Assembly: GCA_033763455.1 (NCBI GenBank)
Contig: JANRKO010000073.1
Coordinates: 32,001-96,000, forward strand
Direction of reading: 5' to 3'
Length of the DNA: 64,000 nt
DNA from: Polyangiaceae bacterium
GTDB lineage: Bacteria > Myxococcota_A > Polyangia > Polyangiales > Polyangiaceae
The first letter of the stretch is position 1; each line of letters begins with the position of its first letter. This document shows, piece after piece, positions 1-9,364 of the stretch. The notes beneath the pieces are model-generated. The model saw only the letters and a list, made by a program, of their open reading frames with translations. It had not been told where the DNA came from and searched no databases. The translations under genes were made by a program, and so were the position numbers.

Positions 1-1257
1 GCGCGGTTTTGAGTAACCGTTCATGAAGAAGTAGTCGGAGCCCGAGCTATCCACGTCGTACTCCCAGTTGTATTTCGTTGTGCGAATACCACCCCAGCGG
101 TTGATGGTTACGCCCGTCCGTTTGATCGTCTCGGGTTCGGCCCAGTTGGTTCCAAAGATGTAAGGGGACACCTGATGCCGAGCCTGGGCATCCACCGTAA
201 CCACGGCCGCTTTCTCGGGCGGGGCCTTCAAATCCAATTCGAGATTGACGGGGTTGGACGTTTCATCCTCACCCACTGCTTCAATGCTGATGATCTGAGT
301 TTTACCCGGAGGCAAGAGCTTCTTCGAAACGATAACGCTTCGCTCGCTGCCCTTCACGGAGACTATTTCTTTATCGCCCACTTTAATAGAAAAACGCTTG
401 GGCCTCTCGATCGGGGCTTTTTCCCAAACCACCAACACGCCATCGCCACGCGTCAAGTAACCAACGTTCTCGACGGGTGTTATCTTGACGTCGTCAGTGA
501 AGTATACGTTATCCACCAACAGAGACTCGTCTTTATTCTCAGGGGGTGTCCCACCAAGCCTCAAGACCACGCTCTGTGATTCTGTAATATCTACCTTCTG
601 GATGTCCGGAAAGGCAGTGATCGGAATCGTGACCTTCGTCCAATTGGTTCCGATTCGCTTGCCTACGGCATACTCTGATGCATCAACGTAATCAGTGGTT
701 TTTAAACCCTTTTTGTCGGTGGTGGACTGGATAGCAACCTTCGGTGAAATGCCCGCGTTCGGGTCGCTCGATTTTAGCCACATGATCAAGTAGCGAGCCT
801 GAGAGATATCTGTCTTCGGCCAATTGACGCCAAAAGCAATGGATGCCGTTGCCCACAACTTATCCGTGTTTTTCTCTTCACCGCTCGTTGCGTAGTGGTA
901 CTTGAGCGCGAGGCTTTTGCCCTTGGTGACGCGGCTGTGAAAAATCATCCAGTTTTTGTGGTGGGAAGTGCGCCTGTCCCCGAAATTCGTAATTTCGATG
1001 GCGTCATCTGAGAGCAGAGCCAGATGCCTTTCGGGCTCCGCTGCCACAAACAAGCCCGGCTCGCCCTTCTTCTTCGCTCCAGATTCGATCTGTGAGCCTT
1101 CATAGAAATTCTTGGCTGCAGAGCCTTTGTTCGCAACTCCCTTGGGATCGCGATAGCCGATGGTAAGCTTTCCGCAGCCGCTGCCCGCGAGCGTGAAACC
1201 TGCAAGCAACACGGCGGTGAAACCACGAAACTTCGTCAATCTTGAATGGCTACTCAT
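1..1257 (-). CDS. GH44 glycoside hydrolase lipoprotein with CBM-like and FN3-like modules (partial, runs off window start)
   Basis: Not in the ORF track; translated by hand from ATG 1257 with no stop to position 1. Lipobox LAGSGC, CBM-like segment (WTKVTIPITAF...LVDNVYF), FN3-like segment, then GH44 N-terminal motifs VSPYIFGTN...NRWGGIRTTKYNWE...SGSDYFFMN. Confidence 0.8.
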   Translation of the reverse strand, partial: MSSHSRLTKFRGFTAVLLAGFTLAGSGCGKLTIGYRDPKGVANKGSAAKNFYEGSQIESGAKKKGEPGLFVAAEPERHLALLSDDAIEITNFGDRRTSHHKNWMIFHSRVTKGKSLALKYHYATSGEEKNTDKLWATASIAFGVNWPKTDISQARYLIMWLKSSDPNAGISPKVAIQSTTDKKGLKTTDYVDASEYAVGKRIGTNWTKVTIPITAFPDIQKVDITESQSVVLRLGGTPPENKDESLLVDNVYFTDDVKITPVENVGYLTRGDGVLVVWEKAPIERPKRFSIKVGDKEIVSVKGSERSVIVSKKLLPPGKTQIISIEAVGEDETSNPVNLELDLKAPPEKAAVVTVDAQARHQVSPYIFGTNWAEPETIKRTGVTINRWGGIRTTKYNWEYDVDSSGSDYFFMNGYSKPR

Positions 1258-1504
1258 TGGTTCATATCCTGAAGATGGCTCTGCGCGCTCTCGAACGATT
1301 CGGAGGGTTAGCGGCTCCGGGCGCGGACTTTGGCACAGCTACGGCGTCTCGGGCAGCCCCCGCGAACAGAGGGCAGTTTAGATGCAAAAAGGCGATCCTC
1401 AAGCCAACTCAGAAGCACGTTGAAGATGGCCCCCTCCCTACCAAACCCTCACCGGAGCGTCGTTTTATTGGCCCAGAGCATGGACTTCTCTAAGTTCTGG
1501 GGAT

Positions 1505-2377
1505 ATGGCCCCCCAAATTCTCGGCTGGCGCAGTCTTGGCGTAGTCGGGGCGTGCTCCATGCTGCTCGCAGCGGGATGCGACCAAAGACTCCCCTCCCTC
1601 TCGCTCAACGGGGCAAGAACTGAGATCGAGCCGAAGCCAACGGTTCACAGTGCCCGCGAGGGATCACCCGCGGATGCGTCCGATGCGGAGCAAGCAAGGG
1701 TCGCACTCTCAGCACAGTTCGGTTACGAACTTGCGCGGCTGCGCCGACGTCTAGAGCAACGCTTTGACAAGCCCGACACGCTCGTTGAGAAGCCGTGTCC
1801 AGATCCGAAGCTGAAGCCGGAGAACACGGGTGATCTCCCGCTAGCGCTGGAAGCTAGGGATAGTCGAACTGAACCCACCGCGCTGGTGCCCTTTAAGATC
1901 CTGGAATCGCTCCGTGATGACGCGCTGCACCGCATTGAAACAGTGTCACTTGAAGCCACTCCAAGGGGCGACGGGCTGCGCCTGGTGCGGAGCCTAAAGA
2001 GTGGTTATGACGGTTTACAGCTGCTGCGTTCCCTTTCGGCGCAGCGCTATCTCGGAGTCTTTCACGTGCTGCACTACAAGCCGCCCGAGCTCGCATACAA
2101 CGCCCGTAAGAATCGGCGCGAATGGACCGTGGGTAACATCGTTGCTTGGCTTGTGATTCACGATTTGAACACGGGTGATGCACTGTGCCAAACGGGTTTG
2201 AGAGCCCAAACTAGCCTCGAAACAGGCAAGTACTCGGCTCAACGCCGGGAGCAGATGCGTCGGGGCTTCGAACGTGACTTGGTGAACATGCTTCGCAAGG
2301 GATCCGTTCTAGCGCTGCCGCGTATCACTCACCGCTTCTCACTGCCCAAGAGCTTCCTCGCCAATCAAGACGGCTAG
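1505..2377 (+). CDS. Hypothetical lipoprotein
   Basis: 290 aa ORF with hydrophobic N-terminus and lipobox LLAAGC; no recognised domain. Confidence 0.7.
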   Translation: MAPQILGWRSLGVVGACSMLLAAGCDQRLPSLSLNGARTEIEPKPTVHSAREGSPADASDAEQARVALSAQFGYELARLRRRLEQRFDKPDTLVEKPCPDPKLKPENTGDLPLALEARDSRTEPTALVPFKILESLRDDALHRIETVSLEATPRGDGLRLVRSLKSGYDGLQLLRSLSAQRYLGVFHVLHYKPPELAYNARKNRREWTVGNIVAWLVIHDLNTGDALCQTGLRAQTSLETGKYSAQRREQMRRGFERDLVNMLRKGSVLALPRITHRFSLPKSFLANQDG

Positions 2378-2501
2378 GCACCATCTTCCCCCACACTCGC
2401 GCACCTCTCATCAAGCCAGCGAGTGGCGCGCATCCAAGCAGCGGACCATATTCTAGAGTCCGGAGCGTACGTTTGTGTCGATACCACCCCTGGTGTTTTG
2501 C

Positions 2502-4178
2502 ATGACTCGATCCAACGATCGCCACGCCCGCCCATTTGGGTTTGCCCCGTTTCTCGCCATCGCCCTCATCCTGCTCGGGCCTGGTTGCAGCACCACACCG
2601 CCTACCAAAGCAAAGCCGGTTGTGGCTGCAGCTGAGCCCCCTCCGAAAAAGCCACCCCCCGCGGCCGACGCCAACCGCGACTGTGCGCGACTGCGTGAGT
2701 TGGTGAGTGCAGAACCGATTTTGCCGGGAACGCCGAAGCTGGATCAAGCGCGCATCAGGATCTTAGCTCGTGCCAAAGCAGAGCCGGTGATTTTCGTTCG
2801 CCCGCCTCTTGCCGATCCTGAAGCGCCACAAACAGCGCGCCGTCTGCGAGCAAGCCTCGCCCGTGCCCCTTACCCCGGTGAAGTGCTGAAGCTCCTACTC
2901 AATTCATTTCGCCTGCGTCCTGATCTCGGCCGCGACGTTATCCTCCGTGAAGGCTACCTGTACGCGGAAGCTCCAGAGTACGCCTTCGCGCTGGTGGACC
3001 AACTGCAGCTTAGCCACCTCTTTGACGCGAAAACAATCTGGATACAGCGCGGAGATCGCACCTACCACGCAGAACGCCTCGCTAATGGCAACTACAGGTA
3101 TCTAGACGGACCAGAAAAAGACAAGGCCGCGCGCCTCTTCCTTTTTGATCGCGTGGGCAGTGAGGCCCCAACCCCTGCCATTCACATCGACCTGCGTTCA
3201 CTGCGCAATGAGTTACATTTCGATAGCGTCAAGATCGAACGCGCGACCCCGAACCATTTGCTCGCCACCTTTCAGTATGGGCCGCTCAGAATCCCGAGTG
3301 TGGTGCGCTACCGCAACGGTCGGGCCCAGTTGGAGTGCGAAATCGTCGACGAACCGGCCATCCACGACTTGGCGCTTCTGCGCGATGTCGCCGAACGGCG
3401 CCTGAAGGTTGCAAGCGCCCTTCGTCGGGAAATGCAGAACGAAATCGAGGAAGCGCTTCCATTCGATGAGCCGCACCGCGAATGGGGACAGCAGGACGGC
3501 ATGCTGCGTCAGAAGTGGGTAAGCGCCTACCGCATGGGTGAAACCAGCTTCACCATGAATGGCGACGAATACCCCGTATTCGATGCCAAGGGCCGCCCTG
3601 TAGTCCCGCAGGTTTGCGTGGATTTTCTAACGGACACCTTGGAGCGCGCCAGTGGCAAGTGGTGGCAGCCCCAAGGCCAGCCCGCTGGCACCACACCAGG
3701 CCTTATCGACTTTACCCGTGGTCACGAGGGCACCCTGCGTCAGGTACCTGCGTTTGTGGAGCTCGCCAAGCGCAATCCGGAGTGGTTCGATGTCTACGAA
3801 ACGCCCGAGCGCGAACGCATCAAGTTCCGGCGCAAGGATGAATTCTACGGTTACCTCGCCGCGCACCCCGAACGCTTCCAAGCTGGAGATATCGTGGTCA
3901 TTCGCGGCTACACTCCCTTCGAACGTTCCTGGGAACCCAAAGTAATGCACTACCACTCGTTCTTCATTTACGAAAACGATCCGGTAACGGGGTTTCCAAT
4001 GGCGCTCGTTGGCAACCCCGGGCACCCCACTATTCGAGTGTGGGAAACCGAGGCGCGCCGCACCCCCAAGCGCTCCATTTGGTACCGGCTACGCCCCCGC
4101 TTCCATTGGCTTGAAACGCATCTCAAGCTCGACCCAATCCCTTCGGAGCCTGCACCGCTCTCGGTCGGGCCACTCTAA
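2502..4178 (+). CDS. Lipoprotein with putative C-terminal Cys-His (papain/NlpC-P60/CHAP-like) domain
   Basis: Signal peptide ending LGPGC, Pro-rich linker, C-terminal QVCVDF...GDIVV...HYHSFF...GN pattern. Start moved to ATG 2502. Confidence 0.6.
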   Translation: MTRSNDRHARPFGFAPFLAIALILLGPGCSTTPPTKAKPVVAAAEPPPKKPPPAADANRDCARLRELVSAEPILPGTPKLDQARIRILARAKAEPVIFVRPPLADPEAPQTARRLRASLARAPYPGEVLKLLLNSFRLRPDLGRDVILREGYLYAEAPEYAFALVDQLQLSHLFDAKTIWIQRGDRTYHAERLANGNYRYLDGPEKDKAARLFLFDRVGSEAPTPAIHIDLRSLRNELHFDSVKIERATPNHLLATFQYGPLRIPSVVRYRNGRAQLECEIVDEPAIHDLALLRDVAERRLKVASALRREMQNEIEEALPFDEPHREWGQQDGMLRQKWVSAYRMGETSFTMNGDEYPVFDAKGRPVVPQVCVDFLTDTLERASGKWWQPQGQPAGTTPGLIDFTRGHEGTLRQVPAFVELAKRNPEWFDVYETPERERIKFRRKDEFYGYLAAHPERFQAGDIVVIRGYTPFERSWEPKVMHYHSFFIYENDPVTGFPMALVGNPGHPTIRVWETEARRTPKRSIWYRLRPRFHWLETHLKLDPIPSEPAPLSVGPL

Positions 4179-4277
4179 ACTCCGTTGACAAGCGCGCGGC
4201 CCTCGCCATGATTGGGCGCATCACCCAAGCGCACCCTGCGCACCCCGGTATCACCGCGTTTCGAAGAGGGATCCATT

Positions 4278-5519
4278 ATGAGCGTTCAAGCCTTTCAGCC
4301 CCAATTCATGAAACTTGGCGTTCTCACCGCCGCTCTTCAGGAGCTCACCCCACGGGAGGTACGCGATAAAGATCCCGATCGTGCAGTGGAGGAGTGGCTG
4401 AGCTTCGCGCGGGAAATCAACGCCGACTACATTCAGCTCTCGGCCGCATTGCATCCATCCGAGAGCGACGTGCCTGCCGAAGCGTTGTTAGATCCAGTTG
4501 CGAACACCCTGGATCTGCGGGCGCCGTTCGACCAAGCCCGGGCGGCTCGCGTCACGAGCGCGATGCGTGAGTGCCGAGTGGGTCTGTCCGACCTTGCCTA
4601 TTTCGACAACATGCTCCACGAGGACGCCGCTATCCGGGAGAAGAAGTACGATTTTATGCGTCGTGTGTTTGACGCGGCGGCGCTGCTTGGTGTCGATGCG
4701 GTGTGCGGTTTCGTTGGGCGCAACCAGAAGCTCAGCATGGATCAAAACCTCATCATGTTTGAAGAAGTGTTCGTGCCACTCCTGAAGGAAGCCAAAGCGC
4801 GCGGGCTTTCGTACCGCGTGGAGCAATGCCCCATGCCGGGTTGGACCACGGGAGATAACTTCCATAATAACATCGCGTACGCGCCCGGCCCGTGGATTGC
4901 ACTGCACCGGATCTGCGAGAAACATGGCGTTGGCGATCAATTTCGCATCCACTACGATCCCTCCCACGCCATCTTGATGGGTCAAGATACGCGCTCGATC
5001 TTTCAGTACCTAAAGGACACTGGTTACAATTTTTTGATCGCCGGGTTCCACGTCAAAGGCCAGGTGATCGATGCCAAAGGTGTGTCGGCGTGGGGCTATG
5101 GCGGGCAAACACTTGAACGGGGCGATTGGGTGAACGGGAAGCCCTCTCCGCGCCCCGCTGATCAAGGCAATGCGTGGCTCAAGCAAACAGTGTTGTGCGA
5201 GCATGAGCTTCCCGGCACTGCCCGGCATGATCCCCTCGCATACCTCCAGAATCGCAGTGTGGATTGGCTGGATCATCAGTTGGCTGCGCGTGAATTGCTC
5301 ACGCTCGACATCGCCAACACGCACCTCGTCGTAGAGCACGAATACCCACGCGCCCGTATCCAGGATAAAGCCAAGCTCAGGCCCATTCTGGAAGGCTCTC
5401 TCGCCTTCACCCGAAAGATCGACGAAGCCGCCGCCTGCATGTATGCACTACAGCACGACGTAATGGCCGCCCAGAACATCCCAGTACAAGGTACCGGCCG
5501 CCAAGCGTACAGAAGCTAA
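4278..5519 (+). CDS. Sugar phosphate isomerase/epimerase family (xylose isomerase-like TIM barrel)
   Basis: Metal-ligand motifs EQCPM, YDPSH, FHVK, VEHE; ATG 4278 follows GAGGG. Confidence 0.8.
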   Translation: MSVQAFQPQFMKLGVLTAALQELTPREVRDKDPDRAVEEWLSFAREINADYIQLSAALHPSESDVPAEALLDPVANTLDLRAPFDQARAARVTSAMRECRVGLSDLAYFDNMLHEDAAIREKKYDFMRRVFDAAALLGVDAVCGFVGRNQKLSMDQNLIMFEEVFVPLLKEAKARGLSYRVEQCPMPGWTTGDNFHNNIAYAPGPWIALHRICEKHGVGDQFRIHYDPSHAILMGQDTRSIFQYLKDTGYNFLIAGFHVKGQVIDAKGVSAWGYGGQTLERGDWVNGKPSPRPADQGNAWLKQTVLCEHELPGTARHDPLAYLQNRSVDWLDHQLAARELLTLDIANTHLVVEHEYPRARIQDKAKLRPILEGSLAFTRKIDEAAACMYALQHDVMAAQNIPVQGTGRQAYRS

Positions 5520-5567
5520 TCGAACCTCGTGCCTTAGCTAGTCGAATTAGCTAATCGGAGCTAATCG
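5514..5567. repeat. Four copies of AGCTA(A/G)TCG
   Basis: Copies at 5514, 5536, 5549 and 5559; the first contains the stop codon of the epimerase gene. Confidence 0.7.
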
Positions 5568-5571
5568 ATGC

Positions 5572-5608
5572 CTCCACAAGCGTCGAGGTGAAGCCAGCGC
5601 TTGTGGAG
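5572..5608. terminator. Inverted repeat between convergent genes (possible bidirectional terminator)
   Basis: CTCCACAAGCG / CGCTTGTGGAG perfect 11-bp stem, 15-nt loop; no clear U-tract. Confidence 0.5.
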
Positions 5609-5641
5609 TCTCGATGGGGACCGCGGAGTGGGCGGGGTGGG

Positions 5642-6580
5642 CTATTCTGCTGGGCCTGGTGCGGGCACGTTATGGACTACGTCCACCAATTCTAGGCTGG
5701 AAGAACTCGTGTTTCCGAAGCCAAGCTTGGCGTCAGCGTAAACCTTCGCGGGGGGCTCTCGGAGGTCCCAAACTAACCCCAGCCAACTCATCATGGTGAG
5801 CATGTAATAGGTGACGTCTACTTCCCACCAGAAAAACCCCTGACGGGTGGAGGTCATGTAGTAGTGGTGGTTGTTGTGCCAACCCTCGCCCATCGTAACG
5901 AGTGCTAGCCAGAAGTTGTTGCGGCTGGCGTCTTTGGCATCGAAGCGCTGGGAGCCGAACATGTGGCTCAAGGAGTTGATGGTGAAGGTGCCGTGCCAGA
6001 GAAGCACAGTGCTCAAACCGAACGCGATAAAGAGACCACTTGCACCCATGGTGAGGTAGATAACAACTCCGAGCACGGTGGGCGGCACGTACCAAAGCTT
6101 GTTGAGGAGAATAAGCTCGGGATATTTTGCAAGATCCCGTACTTTTCGGTAGTCCGTCTCGCCGTTGTAGTCAAAGATCCAACCCATGTGCGAATACCAA
6201 AACCCGCGACGGCTATCGTGGGGGTCGCCATCTAGATCAGAAAACTTGTGGTGAGTGCGGTGCTCAGCCGCCCACCATACGGCGCCACGCTGAGAGCTCG
6301 TCTGGGCCCAAAATGCCATCAGGAACTGCATCACACGGCTCGTCTTGAACGTACGGTGCGAGAAGTACCGATGGTAAAACCCTGTAACGCCAAACATCCG
6401 CAACCAATAAAGCGCGACGCAAACGGCCCAATCTTGCCATTTGGTTCCTGTGAAGAATGCGCCGAATGGGAGAATGTGAACGAGAATGAAGGGGATGGCT
6501 CCCGCCCATTCGTAGTCGGTCAACTTCGTCGCCGCTTTGCGCGGCTTCGGGGCTTCGAAGGAAACAGAGAAAAGACTCAT
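5642..6580 (-). CDS. Delta-9-type acyl-CoA/acyl-lipid fatty acid desaturase
   Basis: His boxes HRYFSH, HRTHH and GEGWHNNHH; hydrophobic segments. Confidence 0.93.
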   Translation of the reverse strand: MSLFSVSFEAPKPRKAATKLTDYEWAGAIPFILVHILPFGAFFTGTKWQDWAVCVALYWLRMFGVTGFYHRYFSHRTFKTSRVMQFLMAFWAQTSSQRGAVWWAAEHRTHHKFSDLDGDPHDSRRGFWYSHMGWIFDYNGETDYRKVRDLAKYPELILLNKLWYVPPTVLGVVIYLTMGASGLFIAFGLSTVLLWHGTFTINSLSHMFGSQRFDAKDASRNNFWLALVTMGEGWHNNHHYYMTSTRQGFFWWEVDVTYYMLTMMSWLGLVWDLREPPAKVYADAKLGFGNTSSSSLELVDVVHNVPAPGPAE

Positions 6581-6868
6581 GGTGCCGATCTTGACCCAAG
6601 AAACCGCGGCAATAACGTCATTATTCTGTCATGAGTGGAGCCGCATCTTTCGCGCGGTTCGCCGCTCACTGCGCATCGCGTCACGCTGCTGACCGCTCCC
6701 GGCTTTCCCCCGCTGCATGCGGGCGGGGCAGAGCGCCAAGTAACCGACTGGTGCGCTCGCCCTGAGCGCCAATGCCGTGACACCGGACCAAGTAGAGGGG
6801 GCTTCAGCCTTCCCCGATCCCCCTGAAATTCCGCTGCTGCAGGCGTGCTCGGGAAATGAGACAGGCTT

Positions 6869-6883
6869 CGGCCCGAACTTTGC
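6869..6883 (+). promoter_or_regulatory. Possible sigma54 promoter for the GH73 gene
   Basis: CGGCCC-N5-TTGC (GG-N10-GC), 15 nt before GTG 6898; imperfect -24 box. Confidence 0.4.
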
Positions 6884-6897
6884 GAAGGGGAGCTGTC

Positions 6898-7719
6898 GTG
6901 ATCTCCAATGTTAGCCCCTCTGTGCCTGGTTCCAGCACTAGCCAGGCGGCTGAACGCCCGGAGGCACGAGATACGGAACGCTTTTCCGCTGAGCTCGTGG
7001 CCCGCGCTGCCCCGCAAACTGTGCGCGCCGTGCGCACCCCGCTGAGTGGCGAACAGGCTGCACAGGCCCTGGATCGAGCCTGGCAGCAGGTGATGGGAGA
7101 AAAGCCAAGCGAAGAGACGAAAGCCATTCTCACCGCGCAGTGGGCACACGAAACTGGTCGCGGCAGCGCAATGATGAACTTCAATTTTGGTGGACTAAAA
7201 GGCAGCTCGCCAACGGGCTTCGGTACCACCTACACAACGCACGAGGGCTGGGGAAAGTCGGAAGTGAAGATCGTGGATCGCTTTCGCGCCTACCAAACAG
7301 CTGACGAAGGTGCGGCGGACTACGTTGCCTTGCTAAACCGCCGTTACCCTGGAGCTATAGAGGCGGCGAAGTCTGGAGATCCGGCGAAATTCGTGCGTGA
7401 GCTGAAACAGGCGCGTTACTTCACCGGCAATGAAGGCGCCTACGTAAAGTCAGTCTCAAGCTTGGCACAAGCGGCCCTCGCGAGTGGCTTTACCTCGCTC
7501 GGTGGAACCAACGCCGAAACCTCTAGCTTTCCCACGTTCCTGGCGCAGTCCCCGTTGAACGGCGGGGTCGCCTACGCCGATGCCTTCAACGGAACTCTAC
7601 CCGGAGGCCCGCTCGATACACTTTCGTTCACAGGCGTCGAAGCCATCGCGGATGAAGTCGGAAGGGCCGCACTTCGCGATGCAACCGAGCGCAAGGCTGA
7701 CGAAAACCGTCGGGGATAG
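6898..7719 (+). CDS. GH73 glucosaminidase/muramidase (stand-alone FlgJ-type catalytic domain)
   Basis: AQWAHETG, NFGGLKG, T.HEG, FRAY...DY..LL..RY and YFT motifs typical of GH73; at the flagellar cluster border. Start 6898 (GTG) or 6856. Confidence 0.8.
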   Translation: MISNVSPSVPGSSTSQAAERPEARDTERFSAELVARAAPQTVRAVRTPLSGEQAAQALDRAWQQVMGEKPSEETKAILTAQWAHETGRGSAMMNFNFGGLKGSSPTGFGTTYTTHEGWGKSEVKIVDRFRAYQTADEGAADYVALLNRRYPGAIEAAKSGDPAKFVRELKQARYFTGNEGAYVKSVSSLAQAALASGFTSLGGTNAETSSFPTFLAQSPLNGGVAYADAFNGTLPGGPLDTLSFTGVEAIADEVGRAALRDATERKADENRRG

Positions 7720-7745
7720 CTGCCCCCGAGCCCTTGTGCCTACGC

Positions 7746-8891
7746 CTACGACTGAGGCCGCGCATATTGCCCAACCCGGGCTAGGATCTCGCTCGCCTGC
7801 TCGCGCTCGCCGGCCTCTGTAAGGTGGCGAGCAAGAGCTGCACCTACGGCTTGGTTGTCCGGGGCAAGAGCGTGTGCCATGCGCCACGCGCTCACCGTAT
7901 CTCGATGCTCCAGCGCTTCGGCAACGGTCGCGAGGCAAGTAACCGCTACCCTGCTCGCAGGATCCAGTTCCACCGCCGAACGCGCGAGCTCGAGCGCTTC
8001 ATATCCGCGGCCAAGCCGGGCCTGAAGCCTCGCCAGAAGCGCCATAGCGCGAGGATCTTCCGGGGCTTTGCCCTTGAGTTCGAAGTAACAGGCAGAAGCT
8101 TCTGCAAACATCCCAAGCTCTTCAAAAAGTGTCCCCAGGCGGAGCTCCGCCTCGCATGCAAGGGCTGCATCACCCGAGCGCCGAGCTTGCTCGAAATGGC
8201 CCTCGGCCACCTCGTGCAGCCCACGCTGACAAGCCCTATCCCCTGCTTCAACAACCTCATACGCGTTGCCTTCGCGACAACCTGCCACGCATGCAACAAA
8301 GCCCGAACCTTCGCCGAACCATCGTTTTGCCACTAACCCCGAAATGCTGAGCAACTGCTGAAGCTCTCCACGGCTGAACGCTCGCCGCGCTGGCGCCGAT
8401 AGTTGTTGCGTTGGGTGTGCCAGCGGCTCCGCGATCCACACGAACGAAGAGGCACGAAGTTGCCGGCGCACGTTGCGCATGACCGCTACTGGATCGACGA
8501 CGTGCCCCAGCACATCCACCAAAACTGCAACATCTGCATCCGGCAACACCGAGCCTAAGGCTGCATCCCCCCGAACGAACGACGCCCGAGGTGCCCATTC
8601 CCGCGCAAAGGCTAACGCCGCCCCATCAATATCCACCCCCACCACGCGTTCGCTCCGGGAAGCCAACACCAGAGCGCCAACTCCGGCCCCCGTCCCCACG
8701 TCGAGCACACGTGCCGTCGGCGGCAATGACTGGCCAATAGTGCTGTAGATTGCACTCGTATCCGGTGCGTGTGAACGCACGCCTGGGTAACGCCGCGTAC
8801 GGCTGGCATGAAGCTGCACCGCAGCACCCGAGGCGAAGTGTGCCCAGTATTCCCCCGGCCGTTCGCCTCGAACCAGCGTTGGCTGCTTCAA
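7746..8891 (-). CDS. Class I SAM-dependent methyltransferase with C-terminal TPR repeats
   Basis: VLDVGTGAG motif I, GVDID motif, then TPR-like helices. TTG start 1 nt after the fliS stop. Confidence 0.75.
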   Translation of the reverse strand: MKQPTLVRGERPGEYWAHFASGAAVQLHASRTRRYPGVRSHAPDTSAIYSTIGQSLPPTARVLDVGTGAGVGALVLASRSERVVGVDIDGAALAFAREWAPRASFVRGDAALGSVLPDADVAVLVDVLGHVVDPVAVMRNVRRQLRASSFVWIAEPLAHPTQQLSAPARRAFSRGELQQLLSISGLVAKRWFGEGSGFVACVAGCREGNAYEVVEAGDRACQRGLHEVAEGHFEQARRSGDAALACEAELRLGTLFEELGMFAEASACYFELKGKAPEDPRAMALLARLQARLGRGYEALELARSAVELDPASRVAVTCLATVAEALEHRDTVSAWRMAHALAPDNQAVGAALARHLTEAGEREQASEILARVGQYARPQS

Positions 8892-8892
8892 G

Positions 8893-9315
8893 CTACCTAC
8901 CCGAGGCAGCCTTTTCGGCCTGTGCCTTTTCGGCCTGTGCCATCGGCACTGCTTTAATCCAAGCTTCACGCAGGGGTGTCAACACACGGATAACGTCTTC
9001 CACAGCTTTACGATCACTACGAATACTGGCTTGCATCAGGCGATCGAGGCAATAATTGTAGACGCTGCCGAGGTTCGCGCAAAGCTCCGGCGCCTTCGAC
9101 TCATCAAGCGCGACGTAGAGTTCTGAGATGATCGCATGCGCCTTCCTAAGCTGCTGGCTTGCGAGGCCCTTCTTCTGCTCATCGATACAACGCAGGGCGG
9201 TGTTCAAGAAGCGAAAGAGCCCTTCATAGAGGGCCAATAGCAACTCTCCTGGTGATGCCGTCTGGGTTTGAACTTCGTGGTATCTTTGAACTGGGCTGCG
9301 ATACGCTTGGTGCAT
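8893..9315 (-). CDS. fliS: Flagellin chaperone FliS
   Basis: Y..VQ..TASP..LLL.LY, ELC.NL...Y.Y and L..LREAW motifs; downstream of fliD. Confidence 0.95.
   Translation of the reverse strand: MHQAYRSPVQRYHEVQTQTASPGELLLALYEGLFRFLNTALRCIDEQKKGLASQQLRKAHAIISELYVALDESKAPELCANLGSVYNYCLDRLMQASIRSDRKAVEDVIRVLTPLREAWIKAVPMAQAEKAQAEKAASGR
8911..8940. repeat. Perfect 15-bp tandem duplication in fliS 3' end (AQAEK x2)
   Basis: CTTTTCGGCCTGTGC twice. Confidence 0.85.
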
Positions 9316-9334
9316 TGGTGCATCCTTTCACCAA
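9315..9334 (-). promoter_or_regulatory. Putative CsrA-binding hairpin over the fliS ribosome-binding site
   Basis: mRNA UUGGUG-AAAGGAUG-CACCAA(UG): 6-bp stem with AGGAUG in the loop. Confidence 0.55.
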
Positions 9335-9364
9335 CTAGGACCTATTTACTCTACGTGGAAATAC

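Noticed and set aside
5514..5567. CRISPR array
   Set aside because: Repeats are 9 bp with 1-13 nt gaps and no cas genes are present.
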